NCBI GenBank assembly: GCA_030141605.1
Contig: JAQGDQ010000144.1
Coordinates: forward strand, 310,001-374,000
Reading direction: 5' to 3'
Length of the DNA stretch: 64,000 nt
Source of the DNA: Tubiluchus corallicola
Taxonomy: Eukaryota > Animalia > Priapulida
The notes beneath the pieces were generated by a model. That model had not been told where the DNA came from, searched no databases, and worked only from the letters and a program-made list of their open reading frames with translations. Positions 38,170 to 51,269 of the stretch are shown in pieces; the first letter of the stretch is position 1; each line of letters starts with the position of its first letter. The position numbers were made by a program, and so were the translations under genes.

Positions 38170-40222
38170 GTATGCGGGGGTGTTAGTACAAGGAGAATCA
38201 CTGTAAAGGCGGTTCTAAGTACACTATTCTGTATACCGGTGTACTAATGAATCGTTAATTATTAATCAATAGCTTATAATACATGTACACGCTTTTTAGT
38301 TTGTATATTCATTCTCTCTGTTCGAACTGGGTGACGTTACGGCTCACTAATGCTGTAGAGAAAAATTAATTTGAGCTTCTTATGCCATGCACGATAGTGC
38401 CAGGACGTAAAAACCGCTTAGCTTGATAGTTATAACTATTTAGTATTTACTTGTTATTCCCAATTTAATATTACAATTAGCTGTGTATTACATAATGATA
38501 CTAATTTATATAGGAATAAAGCAGGAAACTTAAAAGACAGACAGTCAAAAGACCGTATCAGCAGTTATATAATTCATATGCACGTGTTAAAAAAGCAAGA
38601 ACTTGTCTTTTCGGATTTTTCCAGATTCCTTCTGGAAACAATAGAATTTTTTTAAATATTGAATTATACGATGTTAAATCAGGAGTAGAAAGCCAAACGC
38701 TTCATGTATAAACAACAGTTAAGCTAGCAGCTGTGTAACTGAATGAGGAAGACGATGAGAAACTGTGAACCAACCAGGATTTGAACACGGAACCGGTAAT
38801 CGCAAAATTCTGGGTTCAAATCTTGGTTGGCTCACGGTTCTTCTTTTTCTGCTTTTCTCTTTCACTTATTTAACCGTTAGGTTAAAATGTTGTTTATACC
38901 TAACCGTTAACTTTATTCATTCTGACTTACCTGAATTCGAGTATCTGAAATTCTGTTACATGTATATTGATTATGTTAACGCTTTTAGGTCGCGAGAAAA
39001 ACATGCAAAACACATTTGTGTTAGAGGACAGGTTTTGCATAGCCACGATGTTTTTTAATTTTTCATTTTTACTTGGTCTATGAAATTTTCTGTTCATTTC
39101 TGTAAATTGAAAAACCACCTGCGCTTGGCGAATAAAATAACGCCTTTGAAGCTGTGCCACCGGTCCACCGTTCACCACCCAATGACACCACCACGTCATT
39201 CACTGTTGTATTTGTTTATAGAGTACAGAATCTCATTCTTTGTAACTTGTTATGCTTAATCGTACTATAATCAGTACATAAACGATGCATTTGGGTTTTG
39301 TCATTTAACAGAAATAATAAAGGCTTCCATCAACTGCAATGAGCGTATTGAACTCAGCTGGCTGTATGGGAACAATAATATCTGTGGCTCTAAAGCAGCG
39401 GTCGATATCCCTATGCAAATTGCGGGATAAATTTCAGTATAAACCTCGCGTTTCAGGATGCAGACGAGCCTTAGATTGGCTCATAATTTACTTAATTAAT
39501 GCACGAGCGAACCATCAGTGATATTGATTTCTCGTCATCTAAAGTCATAAACTGAAAATCAGCAAAGCGATTATCTAATTGCAGTTTCGTTGGTAAACTG
39601 CGGTTAAAAGTAGTATAGGTTTAATTTAATTATGTATAGGTATTTGTCCTTGCTATTGCAATGTTTCTATATATAGGGCGGGTAACTGTTACAAGGTTTT
39701 GTAATATACTAGCAAATGCTGCTATATAAGGTTAATTAATAATGTTTATTAACAAGGTATTAAACAATATTCTCATAACGGATGTTAAAATTGTTGTCTC
39801 TCTTACATCATATCCTGTAACCAGGCAGATCTGACAGATAAGCTACCATAAATAGTCAATACATTACAATACAATACAGGTTTCGTATAAAGATCCGTCA
39901 CTCTAATCCAGACAGCCCTGACTTTTTTACATTTCCATTCTTTCAAACAAGTTTGATTTCAAATTTCAATAAACGTGAATTTATTCCATTATTCACTTTC
40001 TACATACTTATTAAATATTCCGCGGGAGTTCTGTCGCCTTGGAAGTTGGAACATCTGACTCATTTTCACTCTTTTAAAAATCATTTTGGTAGATCCTTTT
40101 CAACCCCATCTTTGACAATTATGATGACATGTACTCTGTCCACTGACCACCTCCTACAAACGCGAATCTTTGGGTAATGTTCAAACTGCAGCGCAAAGCC
40201 TAATTCCTAGGTTATTTTTCAG

Positions 40223-40435
40223 GTATCGGCTTTCACAAAAGTAGGTGGATTGCAACTAGCACACGGTACTATAATTCCACCTGCTCGCCAAGTGATTCAG
40301 GATCAGGCGCGACATCTGTTGTCCGAGGGTGAACTAAGAACAATGGGATATTATTTGGACGAGTACAAGGAGACGAACATATCCGTGGACGCGCTCGTCT
40401 TAGCGTTATTTGAATTGTTTGACTCTGATGCAAAG
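40223..40435 (+). CDS. WHRN: Whirlin exon 6: first part of HHD2
   Basis: tttttcag| and aag|gtaatg; 213 nt; QVIQDQARHLLSEGELRTMGYYLDEYKETNISVDALVLALFELFDSDAK. Confidence 0.93.
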
Positions 40436-40497
40436 GTAATGTGTTATTGGCAGCGATTTGTTTTGGAAATTTTTCCAGAAAATGTTTTTGGCTATAT

Positions 40498-40704
<207 letters not shown>

Positions 40705-41418
40705 TTCCACAAACTCCTAGCATAACACAATCATGCAGTTCATTAGTATTATTCACAAAAATCATTATTAACGTATTTACAATACATGACCAACAACAAC
40801 AGAAAAAACATTAAAAACACAATAAAGACAATGATTAAGATTTCATCTAAGGATGCCCATAAGATATATATAATTCATTTTAAACGAATTAGCTGAATGA
40901 AAGCAGAATTATGACCTAATCAGAGCTGTCAATGATCAATCCACCAAGTAATTAATCAGTTTGAACAAAAATATATGCAGTGGCCGTATACGTACGATAA
41001 TGACCTATATTCAGTGTTTACTTGTACTAAAATAATTACATCCTTCAAAATGACATGGCACACGATCAACAAAAATAGTTACTAAGCAATGCTGCTGGCG
41101 TTAAGAAGACTAAATCAATGTAAAATTAGTAGTCAGTAACTTTTTTTGGCAAGAACGAATTTTCCTACAACAGATTACTTGAATACCTATCACTCTGCTA
41201 AAGAATATTACATGAAACACTGTAGATGCAATTACTAGTTGACCGTAGTATGCCATTTGGAACATAGCTTTGACCAGAGAGATGTCATCTTGCTTGTGTA
41301 AAGTTACCAATTGAAAATTTGCCTTAAGAGACCTGATTTATGTGACCTGGAAGCTGACGGTGCGATTGTAATTTCATTATAACCAAAAGTAGCTTTAGCT
41401 CTCCTGCCAGCAAACAGG

Positions 41419-43867
41419 GCCTACTGATGTAGACATCGACACTAGAGCCTACTGATGTAGACATCGACACTAGAGCCCACTGATGTAGACATCGACACTA
41501 GAGCCTACTGATGTTGACATCGACACTAGAGCCTACTGATGTAGACATCGACACTAGAGCCTACTGATGTAGACATCGACACTAGAGCCCACTGATGTAG
41601 ACATCGACACTAGAGCCCACTGATGTAGACATCGACACTAGAGCCCACTGATGTAGACATCGACACTAGAGCCTACTGATGTAGACATCGACACTAGAGC
41701 CCACTGATGTAGACATCGACACTAGAGCCCACTGATGTAGACATCGACACTAGAGCCCACTGATGTAGACATCGACACTAGAGCCCACTGATGTAGACAT
41801 CGACACTAGAGCCCACTGATGTAGACATCGACACTAGAGCCCACTGATGTAGACATCGACACTAGAGCCCACTGATGTAGACATCGACACTAGAGCCCAC
41901 TGATGTAGACATCGACACTAGAGCCCACTGATGTAGACATCGACACTAGAGCCCACTGATGTAGACATCGACACTAGAGCCCACTGATGTAGACATCGAC
42001 ACTAGAGCCCACTGATGTAGACATCGACACTAGAGCCCACTGATGTAGACATCGACACTAGAGCCCACTGATGTAGACATCGACACTAGAGCCCACTGAT
42101 GTAGTGTGGTGTGTACATCGACACTAGAGCCCACTGATGTAGACATCGACACTAGAGCCACTGATGTTAGACATCGACACTAGAGCCCACTGATGTAGAC
42201 ATCGACACTAGAGCCCACTGATGTAGACATCGACACTAGAGCCCACTGATGTAGACATCGACACTAGAGCCCACTGATGTAGACATCGACACTAGAGCCC
42301 ACTGATGTAGACATCGACACTAGAGCCCACTGATGTAGACATCGACACTAGAGCCCACTGATGTAGACATCGACACTAGAGCCCACTGATGTAGACATCG
42401 ACACTAGAGCCCACTGATGTAGACATCGACACTAGAGCCCACTGATGTAGACATCGACACTAGAGCCCACTGATGTAGACATCGACACTAGAGCCCACTG
42501 ATGTAGACATCGACACTAGAGCCCACTGATGTAGACATCGACACTAGAGCCCACTGATGTAGACATCGACACTAGAGCCCACTGATGTAGACATCGACAC
42601 TAGAGCCCACTGATGTAGACATCGACACTAGAGCCCACTGATGTAGACATCGACACTAGAGCCCACTGATGTAGACATCGACACTAGAGCCCACTGATGT
42701 AGACATCGACACTAGAGCCCACTGATGTAGACATCGACACTAGAGCCCACTGATGTAGACATCGACACTAGAGCCCACTGATGTAGACATCGACACTAGA
42801 GCCCACTGATGTAGACATCGACACTAGAGCCCACTGATGTAGACATCGACACTAGAGCCCACTGATGTAGACATCGACACTAGAGCCCACTGATGTAGAC
42901 ATCGACACTAGAGCCCACTGATGTAGACATCGACACTAGAGCCCACTGATGTAGACATCGACACTAGAGCCCACTGATGTAGACATCGACACTAGAGCCT
43001 ACTGATGTAGACATCGACACTAGAGCCCACTGATGTAGACATCGACACTAGAGCCTACTGATGTAGACATCGACACTAGAGCCTACTGATGTAGACATCG
43101 ACACTAGAGCCCACTGATGTAGACATCGACACTAGAGCCCACTGATGTAGACATCGACACTAGAGCCTACTGATGTAGACATCGACACTAGAGCCTACTG
43201 ATGTAGACATCGACACTAGAGCCCACTGATGTAGACATCGACACTAGAGCCCACTGATGTAGACATCGACACTAGAGCCCACTGATGTAGACATCGACAC
43301 TAGAGCCCACTGATGTAGACATCGACACTAGAGCCCACTGATGTAGACATCGACACTAGAGCCCACTGATGTAGACATCGACACTAGAGCCCACTGATGT
43401 AGACATCGACACTAGAGCCCACTGATGTAGACATCGACACTAGAGCCCACTGATGTAGACATCGACACTAGAGCCCACTGATGTAGACATCGACACTAGA
43501 GCCCACTGATGTAGACATCGACACTAGAGCCCACTGATGTAGACATCGACACTAGAGCCCACTGATGTAGACATCGACACTAGAGCCCACTGATGTAGAC
43601 ATCGACACTAGAGCCCACTGATGTAGACATCGACACTAGAGCCCACTGATGTAGACATCGACACTAGAGCCTACTGATGTAGACATCGACACTAGAGCCT
43701 ACTGATGTAGACATCGACACTAGAGCCCACTGATGTAGACATCGACACTAGAGCCTACTGATGTAGACATCGACACTAGAGCCTACTGATGTAGACATCG
43801 ACACTAGAGCCCACTGATGTAGACATCGACACTAGAGCCTACTGACGTAGACATCGACACTAGAGCC
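41419..43867. repeat. Homogeneous 28-bp tandem satellite, ~87 copies
   Basis: Unit GCC(C/T)ACTGATGTAGACATCGACACTAGA, head-to-tail with no spacers; internal palindrome GATGT-AG-ACATC. Confidence 0.98.
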
Positions 43868-44094
43868 GAAATGACTCATTATTTCAAGATTCTAACATGG
43901 TAGCAGGCTACAGCATCAACTATAAACTCCGGGTGAAATTCGAGTATTTAAATTTAACTAAATTTAGGAGTTCAATTTAATGGGGTCAAGGTCATTTAGA
44001 AGTCATACGGGGGCAAATGTTAGCCATGCTATTGATGGTTTGGAAAATTCGCAAAACACAGAATTTAACAAAATTTATTACACTCTTGTTTCAG

Positions 44095-44190
44095 TTTACT
44101 TTGATGTCTGAAGTTCGCAGCCTCATAAGTGCCAAAGATATAGATAAGTTTGACTCCTTAGTGCTAAAGAAAGAAATAAAAGTCGCCAGG
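44095..44190 (+). CDS. WHRN: Whirlin exon 7: end of HHD2
   Basis: tttcag| and agg|gtaagt; FTLMSEVRSLISAKDIDKFDSLVLKKEIKVAR. Confidence 0.93.
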
Positions 44191-44632
44191 GTAAGTCTCT
44201 GTAGTCAATGAAGTATATGTACGTCATTTTTTAAATGCACGAAACATTTTTCGGTCAGTCAAGCTAATCTTACGATGTTAAAACTTGAAACTTTCTACTT
44301 ACCAGGAAGCCATGATTGAAACAGGAATTGCTTCAGTCTGCTGGTTTTATTAGTTCTAACTTGCCCAGTGCGTTCTTGATGCCTGCCGCATGCTGGGTGT
44401 GCTTAAATAATGTAACAAGATGTCAAAATGATTTGCTCAAGAAACTAAATAACATTCGTACCTGAATGTCAAGCGTAGCCCTTTCTAAAGATTTACATTA
44501 TGACAACTTTTAGACCTGTTTGTAACAGTTGCCTCGTAGGTACAGAATGGTGGCTGGTTAAAATTTCAGATAGTCAACAGAAATGCATTAGTACTGCTAT
44601 TTTGAGGTACACTTTAAAATTATAATTTGCAG

Positions 44633-45505
44633 GCGAGGCAGAAAGCTGAACGCAAAAAGAAGGCTGCCGTGGCGGAAGCCTTGACCACGGAGAACAATTC
44701 CAGCGTCGTCCAGCATGAGAAATCACAGTCACAGAGTGTAACTAGTGAAATAAGCAGCCAGACTTCATTCAATAGTGTTAGAGCAGCTGTGCCCTCTATG
44801 GGCATCACTAATCAACAGTCAAACAAACCTAACCAGAAAGTAACTGTTCTGCAAAACCATGTAGAACTGGAAAAACCTTTTTCGAAAAATAATTCTCCTA
44901 AACAGACTACGAACAACTCGGAGAAAAATTGTAACGCCCAAGACAAAAATTCCAGTTTTGCCTCATTTACTAGTAGCGGGTCAGCGAATTTGACTAATTT
45001 ACAGTATGTTCCATTAAATACTCCGCCAAACAAAAACATTATGCCAGATTTTGACCATAGCAACACAAGTGACAGTCTGCTATCAAACAGAGTGTTCCGA
45101 GATTCGACTATGATTTATCCGAGCAGACAAGAAGACCCAGTAATGCAATATAAATATACGATTAGCAATACCATGCCAGTGTTGTATGGTGGTCCAAATT
45201 CGCCTATATATTCTAGTACAAGAACAAATTTAGGTTATAGGACCAAATCTGTATCTGAAATATCGGATGCATACACCATAAAAAACAAGTACAGCCTGGG
45301 TGAACTGAATTATAATTCCGATGTGACTCCATCTAGTAGAGAAAGATATCATCGTGATGCTTTAAGACAAGCAATCGGTCAGATTGACACAAACTTATGG
45401 CAAGCTGCCAACCAAAATTCTCATGGAGGTGCTTTGAGACAGATGATTGGTCAGACTGATGCTAGTTCATGGCATAATTTGAACAACATTGCAATGATGT
45501 CACAG
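44633..45505 (+). CDS. WHRN: Whirlin exon 8: long Ser/Asn/Thr-rich disordered region
   Basis: tttgcag| and cag|gtacga; 291 open codons, phase 0-0; begins with ARQ, continuing HHD2. Confidence 0.87.
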
Positions 45506-45894
45506 GTACGATAATACAATGTTTAAGGATGTTGAGTTAATAAACGATAGGTTGAATTTTTAATAACATTTACGCAAAGTCTACTTTCAATGCTGTAGGC
45601 TGTGTGTGTGCACCAACTGCTTTTACTTTAGCTGCCGTGTTGCCATTTTCTGGCTACAGTCCACAGCGTTCAGTCGGTAGGAGTGCGACGTATACTGATA
45701 ATATTGTGATATTCTAATGTTCCTGCATCTTATACTACCCTGTAATGTCTTGTACTGTGCTAAAAAGCTACAAGAAATGGAAGGAAACCTGAAGCATAGG
45801 CCTATCATTTGACTTATGGAACATTTCTGCCTCGTGAGCATGAGCTGATGTTAACTGCTATTTAAATAAATATTACTATTAAAATCATATTATA

Positions 45895-46287
<393 letters not shown>

Positions 46288-46369
46288 GTATCAGTGAAAC
46301 TTTAATTATACGTCGTCACTCAGTAACACATTTTTTATACAATTATGAATACTGCAAAACCAAATCCAG

Positions 46370-46650
46370 TATTCACTGGCAGGCCTTACACAAATTAGAT
46401 GCTGGTGCACCTGATTCATTATCAAAGCTGTGCCGCTAAAGATGACCTCCTGAACCAGCACTAGGGTCTTAGCCTTGTTCGGCTTATGTATCTCCCTCTA
46501 CGAGATAAACAGCCAGAATGAGCAAGGCAAGTGAAATATCTGAAAGCAAGAACCGAAGCGGTTCGCACATACATTAACTAACCAGTCTACGCGCCACTTT
46601 TAACAGTGATCCCGAAGCACAATGCCATAACCAGTCAGCCATGCACTCGC
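46370..46650 (-). mobile_element. SINE-like remnant with a tRNA-type A-box head followed by a 5S-like segment
   Basis: Minus strand reads gcatggctgactggttatggcattgtgcttcgg, then gatcactgttaaaagtggcgcgtagactggttagt, running toward the trinucleotide tracts. Confidence 0.45.
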
Positions 46651-46986
46651 TGTAAAGTACATTTATTTATGAGTAGTTACAATATTAAAATTTGCAGCTA
46701 AATATAATTTTTCATCAATAATTAAGGCGCTACAAATTATGTACTTATAAACTCATGCCAGTTAGACTGTTCGAATTGCTTCAAAATTAATTTAATGACA
46801 AATTATTAAATAATGCGATAACGTTTTAATGTCAAAACGTCTTCGTATCTGTAAATTGAAAATTAGCTAAGCTCGTGTGAGATAAATTTACTTCATATTT
46901 GATTGATTTTTACACTGCAGTGCCAAAAATAATAGTATAAAAGGCTAGAAGCAAGTGTTATAAGACTGTTATGTTCTGTATCATAG

Positions 46987-47111
46987 GAAGGTCATCATCA
47001 GTCTCACAGAAGGCGCAAAATGGGAATTAGTCACCATCAGCATCAAGCTTTCAACAAACTATCGTCAAGTAGGGAAATGGGAAGAGACCCTACTGAGGGC
47101 TATGTTATTAG
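46987..47111 (+). CDS. WHRN: Whirlin exon 9 (His/Arg-rich, disordered)
   Basis: tcatag| and ag|gtactt; EGHHQSHRRRKMGISHHQHQAFNKLSSSREMGRDPTEGYVI; phase 0 to 2, matching exon 10. Confidence 0.72.
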
Positions 47112-47633
47112 GTACTTTACTATATTCTCTTAGCAGACTACATACAAAATGATAGAAGCTCACACAATGGCGTACTTGTTGAACAGTCCTTTTTCATTTG
47201 AACTAGCTGTATCATGTTGAGTTAAGTGCAATACTGTTATAGTTGTAAGGGGATGTTATTTGTGGCTTATTCTTGTGAGAGTGGTCAGTGGCCTTAGTCT
47301 TTGAATGGCACATTTGTTTGGATGAGGTGAAGATTAAACACGAGGAAACCGTTAATGAAAACAAGACTACTAACTACTGTGAAATCAGTAAACGCATCTG
47401 GGGCATTTTTGTGCAAAGTTAAGGAACTAAGTCCTTAACAGAATCAATATTATAACAGTTTACTAATTGTTTTAGTGCGATTTATAAATTTTCTTTGAGT
47501 ATCATCCATTCTAGAATCAGCCACTTCATTGATAAAAGTGCACCAAAGTCTTCACTCTTTCTCCTCAAATTTCTAGCTCAGCTTAAATAATTTAGTATTC
47601 GATAATCAATACAATGATGTATTGATTATACAG

Positions 47634-47758
47634 ACATAACAGTTTGCCAAAGAGTTATCAACTTTATCGACGACCTGCTTCAGTGTTGCCAGATTCTAGC
47701 TACAGTCCACAGCGTTCGGCTAGCTTAGGACGGCGGGATAATAAACCAGGGCTTTCAG
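47634..47758 (+). CDS. WHRN: Whirlin exon 10 (disordered)
   Basis: atacag| and g|gtaatc; HNSLPKSYQLYRRPASVLPDSSYSPQRSASLGRRDNKPGLS; phase 2 to 1. Confidence 0.75.
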
Positions 47759-48392
47759 GTAATCTTTCATTTCCTTTCTTACATAGCTTTAGTGAACATA
47801 TACACGAAAATACATATTACATACAAGTAGCAATTATAGAAAAAATTCACGTAGAAGACAAATGAAGTACATCTTCTTTTTTGGTTTCTTTTTAGGAGGT
47901 TCATCTACGCTTCTTTCTCTTTCTTCCCCTTCTCTTTTTAGTGCTGTAACTGTTTTCTTTTCTTTCATTTGATCGCTTTTTCCGTCCTTCCTTTTTTCAC
48001 CCTCTAATATAATTTTTGCTGTCATCTCTCTTCTGCTCTCTCTCTCTCACACACACACTCTCCCTCTTTTTTCGCTGTCCATTACGATTAAATTACATTT
48101 TTCTGTTAAAATAATTGTCTGCTCAGGTCAATCAATATACTACCAGTGCAAAATCAAAAATTTTTACAACTGGTGCATAAATTTGCATTTTCATTTTATT
48201 GGTTTCATTAAATTGTTAAAACCGTGTTAATAAACGCTGTTAATAACTGGCTCGAAATTTCTAACACATATAATAATAAATATGTGAAGGAATTGTCAGC
48301 ATTTTATTGACACAATAATATAATATAATAAAGAAGGTGATATTATGGCTTAGTTAACTTTAATAATATGTATATATTCATTAATTTTTCAG

Positions 48393-48577
48393 AACATTTT
48401 GATCCACTCCATCCGACCAATTTAGTACGTGGCTCTCCACAGGTCTACCAACACTCTCTTTCAAATGGTTCTTTGCGGAAAGACCAAATTAACCCAGAAC
48501 TGTACCGGCGATCACACTTGAGTCAGCATAATAGAGTTTCTAGACCAGCTTCTGTACCCGCTGATACTCTAAGATCG
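48393..48577 (+). CDS. WHRN: Whirlin exon 11 (disordered); last confidently placed exon
   Basis: ttttcag| and tcg|gtaaga; EHFDPLHPTNLVRGSPQVYQHSLSNGSLRKDQINPELYRRSHLSQHNRVSRPASVPADTLRS; phase 1 to 0. Confidence 0.78.
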
Positions 48578-51269
48578 GTAAGATTAGTTTAGTTTAGTTT
48601 AGTTTGGTTTTGTTACAACTCCTTAGAATACAAATCGAATACAAGTCCAATTATGTAACGTAGTTAAAAGAACCTATAACACATCAGTGTTAATTTCACA
48701 TTGTCTGCTTATAGTTTGCTTTTAATACTTTGCATATATGTGATGGGAAATCGTTAATCAAAAGAAGTTTAACTGACCCTAAAATACTTGAGGTGTTCTG
48801 GATATCACATTTTAGTAAGGTGAAACTATTTCCTACAAATATATTCTGAGGCCTGTTACTCAGAATTCATTCTGCTGCATAATGTACTTAGGTGTCAGTG
48901 TGCAAAATTATTAAAACAAAATACACGTAACATATAAAATACCTAAGACCCATCAGCATACCACATTCAAGGCAAAACACAAAAATACTGCAAAACATAC
49001 ATGTATAAACGACGTTCTCAATCTTTCAATCTATTCTGCACAATATTTTTTATCTAATCATTTTGAAATAATATGATAGTGATTTACGTATTTATTTATG
49101 CTATCAGTGCATCAGTCTGTTTTTGGCAAAAATTTTGCTGAATATTAATGTTTCTAACCGCCTCACCAGATGGCACTAAGTTCCAATTCTTACAGGTCTG
49201 TGCGTTTGCAACAATTATGCATTATCGAGTTTTAGATAAAAATAGCTTTTTGTTGTTTTCAATGCGCTCGTTTGGCCCGTTTTCAATGAGCCAGTCAGAC
49301 CTCCGCTAATGCGTTGTTTATTCTGCAGCTATTCCTATTATATTGTTTATACGCTGTAATACGCAATAACGCATAACAGATTCTTGATGCCGCTTAAATG
49401 AGCAGTAGTTTTTCCCAATTACCTACACGTCTGAGATAATCAATTTATCATACAACTGCTCACCTGCTCTCTACGAATGTCGCGTAGATTACTCTACGCA
49501 ACAGCTTTTTTGATATGTTGTGCGTGCGTACTTTGTCCACACACGAAAATCATTAATTGAAGTAATTCACTTCTATAAAGATATGATCAACTGTATTTCT
49601 GCTAAAAAAAACTTAGCCTTAGCGAAGTTAATCAACTAAGCTTAGGTAAGATGTTTGTAAAAGATGCAATAAGTAAACTCACGGGACATACCACAAACGG
49701 GGCTTCTCAGAGAGATGACTGAGAGTAAGAGTAGAGTGGAGAGAGAGTGCAGTACCCTTGCTTGTTCGATTAGTGAACAAAAAATTAAGTGAGGGTGGAA
49801 AAGATTGCTGACAGGGCAACTCAAGTGTGGTAATACAAAGCACAAAGCATATTAGGATGTTTATTAAGATGATAACCGTATTGACTACAGCCACTATTAT
49901 ATTTCATTTTGTAACAAATTTAATGATTTTTTTTCGTGCAGTAATTACTATATTCTGTACTACTATAATATTCTTCAAGCTGTTGTTCTCATGGGGCCTT
50001 AACTGAACATTTTGTGGGCTTGGTGAGTACAAGTCCTGTCCTTTCTACAGGTTAGCTCATCTGACCAACGAAAATCTTGGCGCAATCTCCAATGTCTAGA
50101 TAGATTCACTCAATCAACATTCCTTTCCGTTCAAATAAAACAAAGTTCATGCCTTATTCTTGACTCTAACGCTAAATAAAGCTGTCTCTGCAGTTGATTT
50201 ATAAACCTACTGCATGTTCACCTACAACTGAGGGCAGCGTCCTGGTTATTTAATTATTGCTAGTTAAACGTTAATCAGCAGGTGTTAAAGTTGCTTCACC
50301 TGTAATTAACGTCTAGTTGTTGAGTCATTTCCTTGTTGTGACATTTAGGACAGGACATTTTACATTGGCGTTCTACTACCAGTTAATAATTAAAAAAATC
50401 TCACGTACGTGTCTTATAGTTGTAACAACAAGTTAAAACTGCCTCTTGCTTTTTTTTACAGTTTTCAACTTTTTACAACCAAACAAGCAGAGAAATAACA
50501 ATGATAAGTTGCAAACAATAATAAATTGCAATATAGATCAATTTCAATGACTGATCCACCTGTACATTTCTTTTGTCCATTGATTCTTCTGCTGGTTGTC
50601 CTCAATAAACACTTTTCGTTCATAAACATGCTGGGCTTTCAGTCATTGGTAACTCATCACGGTCTTTAAAAGACAGATTTTGACTTCTACTATGGAATCC
50701 TTTCTCTTTATCAAATCACGTCTTTCTTACTGGTCATTTGGTTCACAGCTTTAAAAACAAAGCAACAATGACCAACGTTATTAGTGGAGTAAGACATCAG
50801 TTTATACCAAAGAGTCCCTACTAGATGTCTAAAAAGTTCAAATATGTGCCATCTGGTTACCATTTGTAGAACAGGTATAATTCAAAACTGCGAAACTCGA
50901 ACCAATGTAAACTTAGCATCCGAACTAAGCCCGTTTACAGAATGTCCCACAGTTAGATCGCCGTTTTCAAGTAAATAAGAAAAAACGTTCTCCATTCTAT
51001 TTTAAAAACATCTCTACCGGCTTTAAACGACTGAATGCACGTGCTTGTGATTGGTGACTTCATCTAGAATGTAGAACCTAGATGGTGGGTCGATCATGCT
51101 TTACATCTTACAATAACTGTAGGGTAATAGTCTTTTTGTTTAAAAAGTATCAGTAAGAAAAGTGAACATATTGTGAAGCCAAACAAATTCCTATGCATTA
51201 GATATATTCTCAAATACAAAATACTCTGACAGGACTCTCTGCACTCACTTCGTACCCTTTTTTGAAATC

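Noticed and set aside
41419-43867. CRISPR array (28-bp partially palindromic repeat)
   Set aside because: Units are contiguous with no unique spacers, there are no cas genes, and the context is a spliceosomal intron
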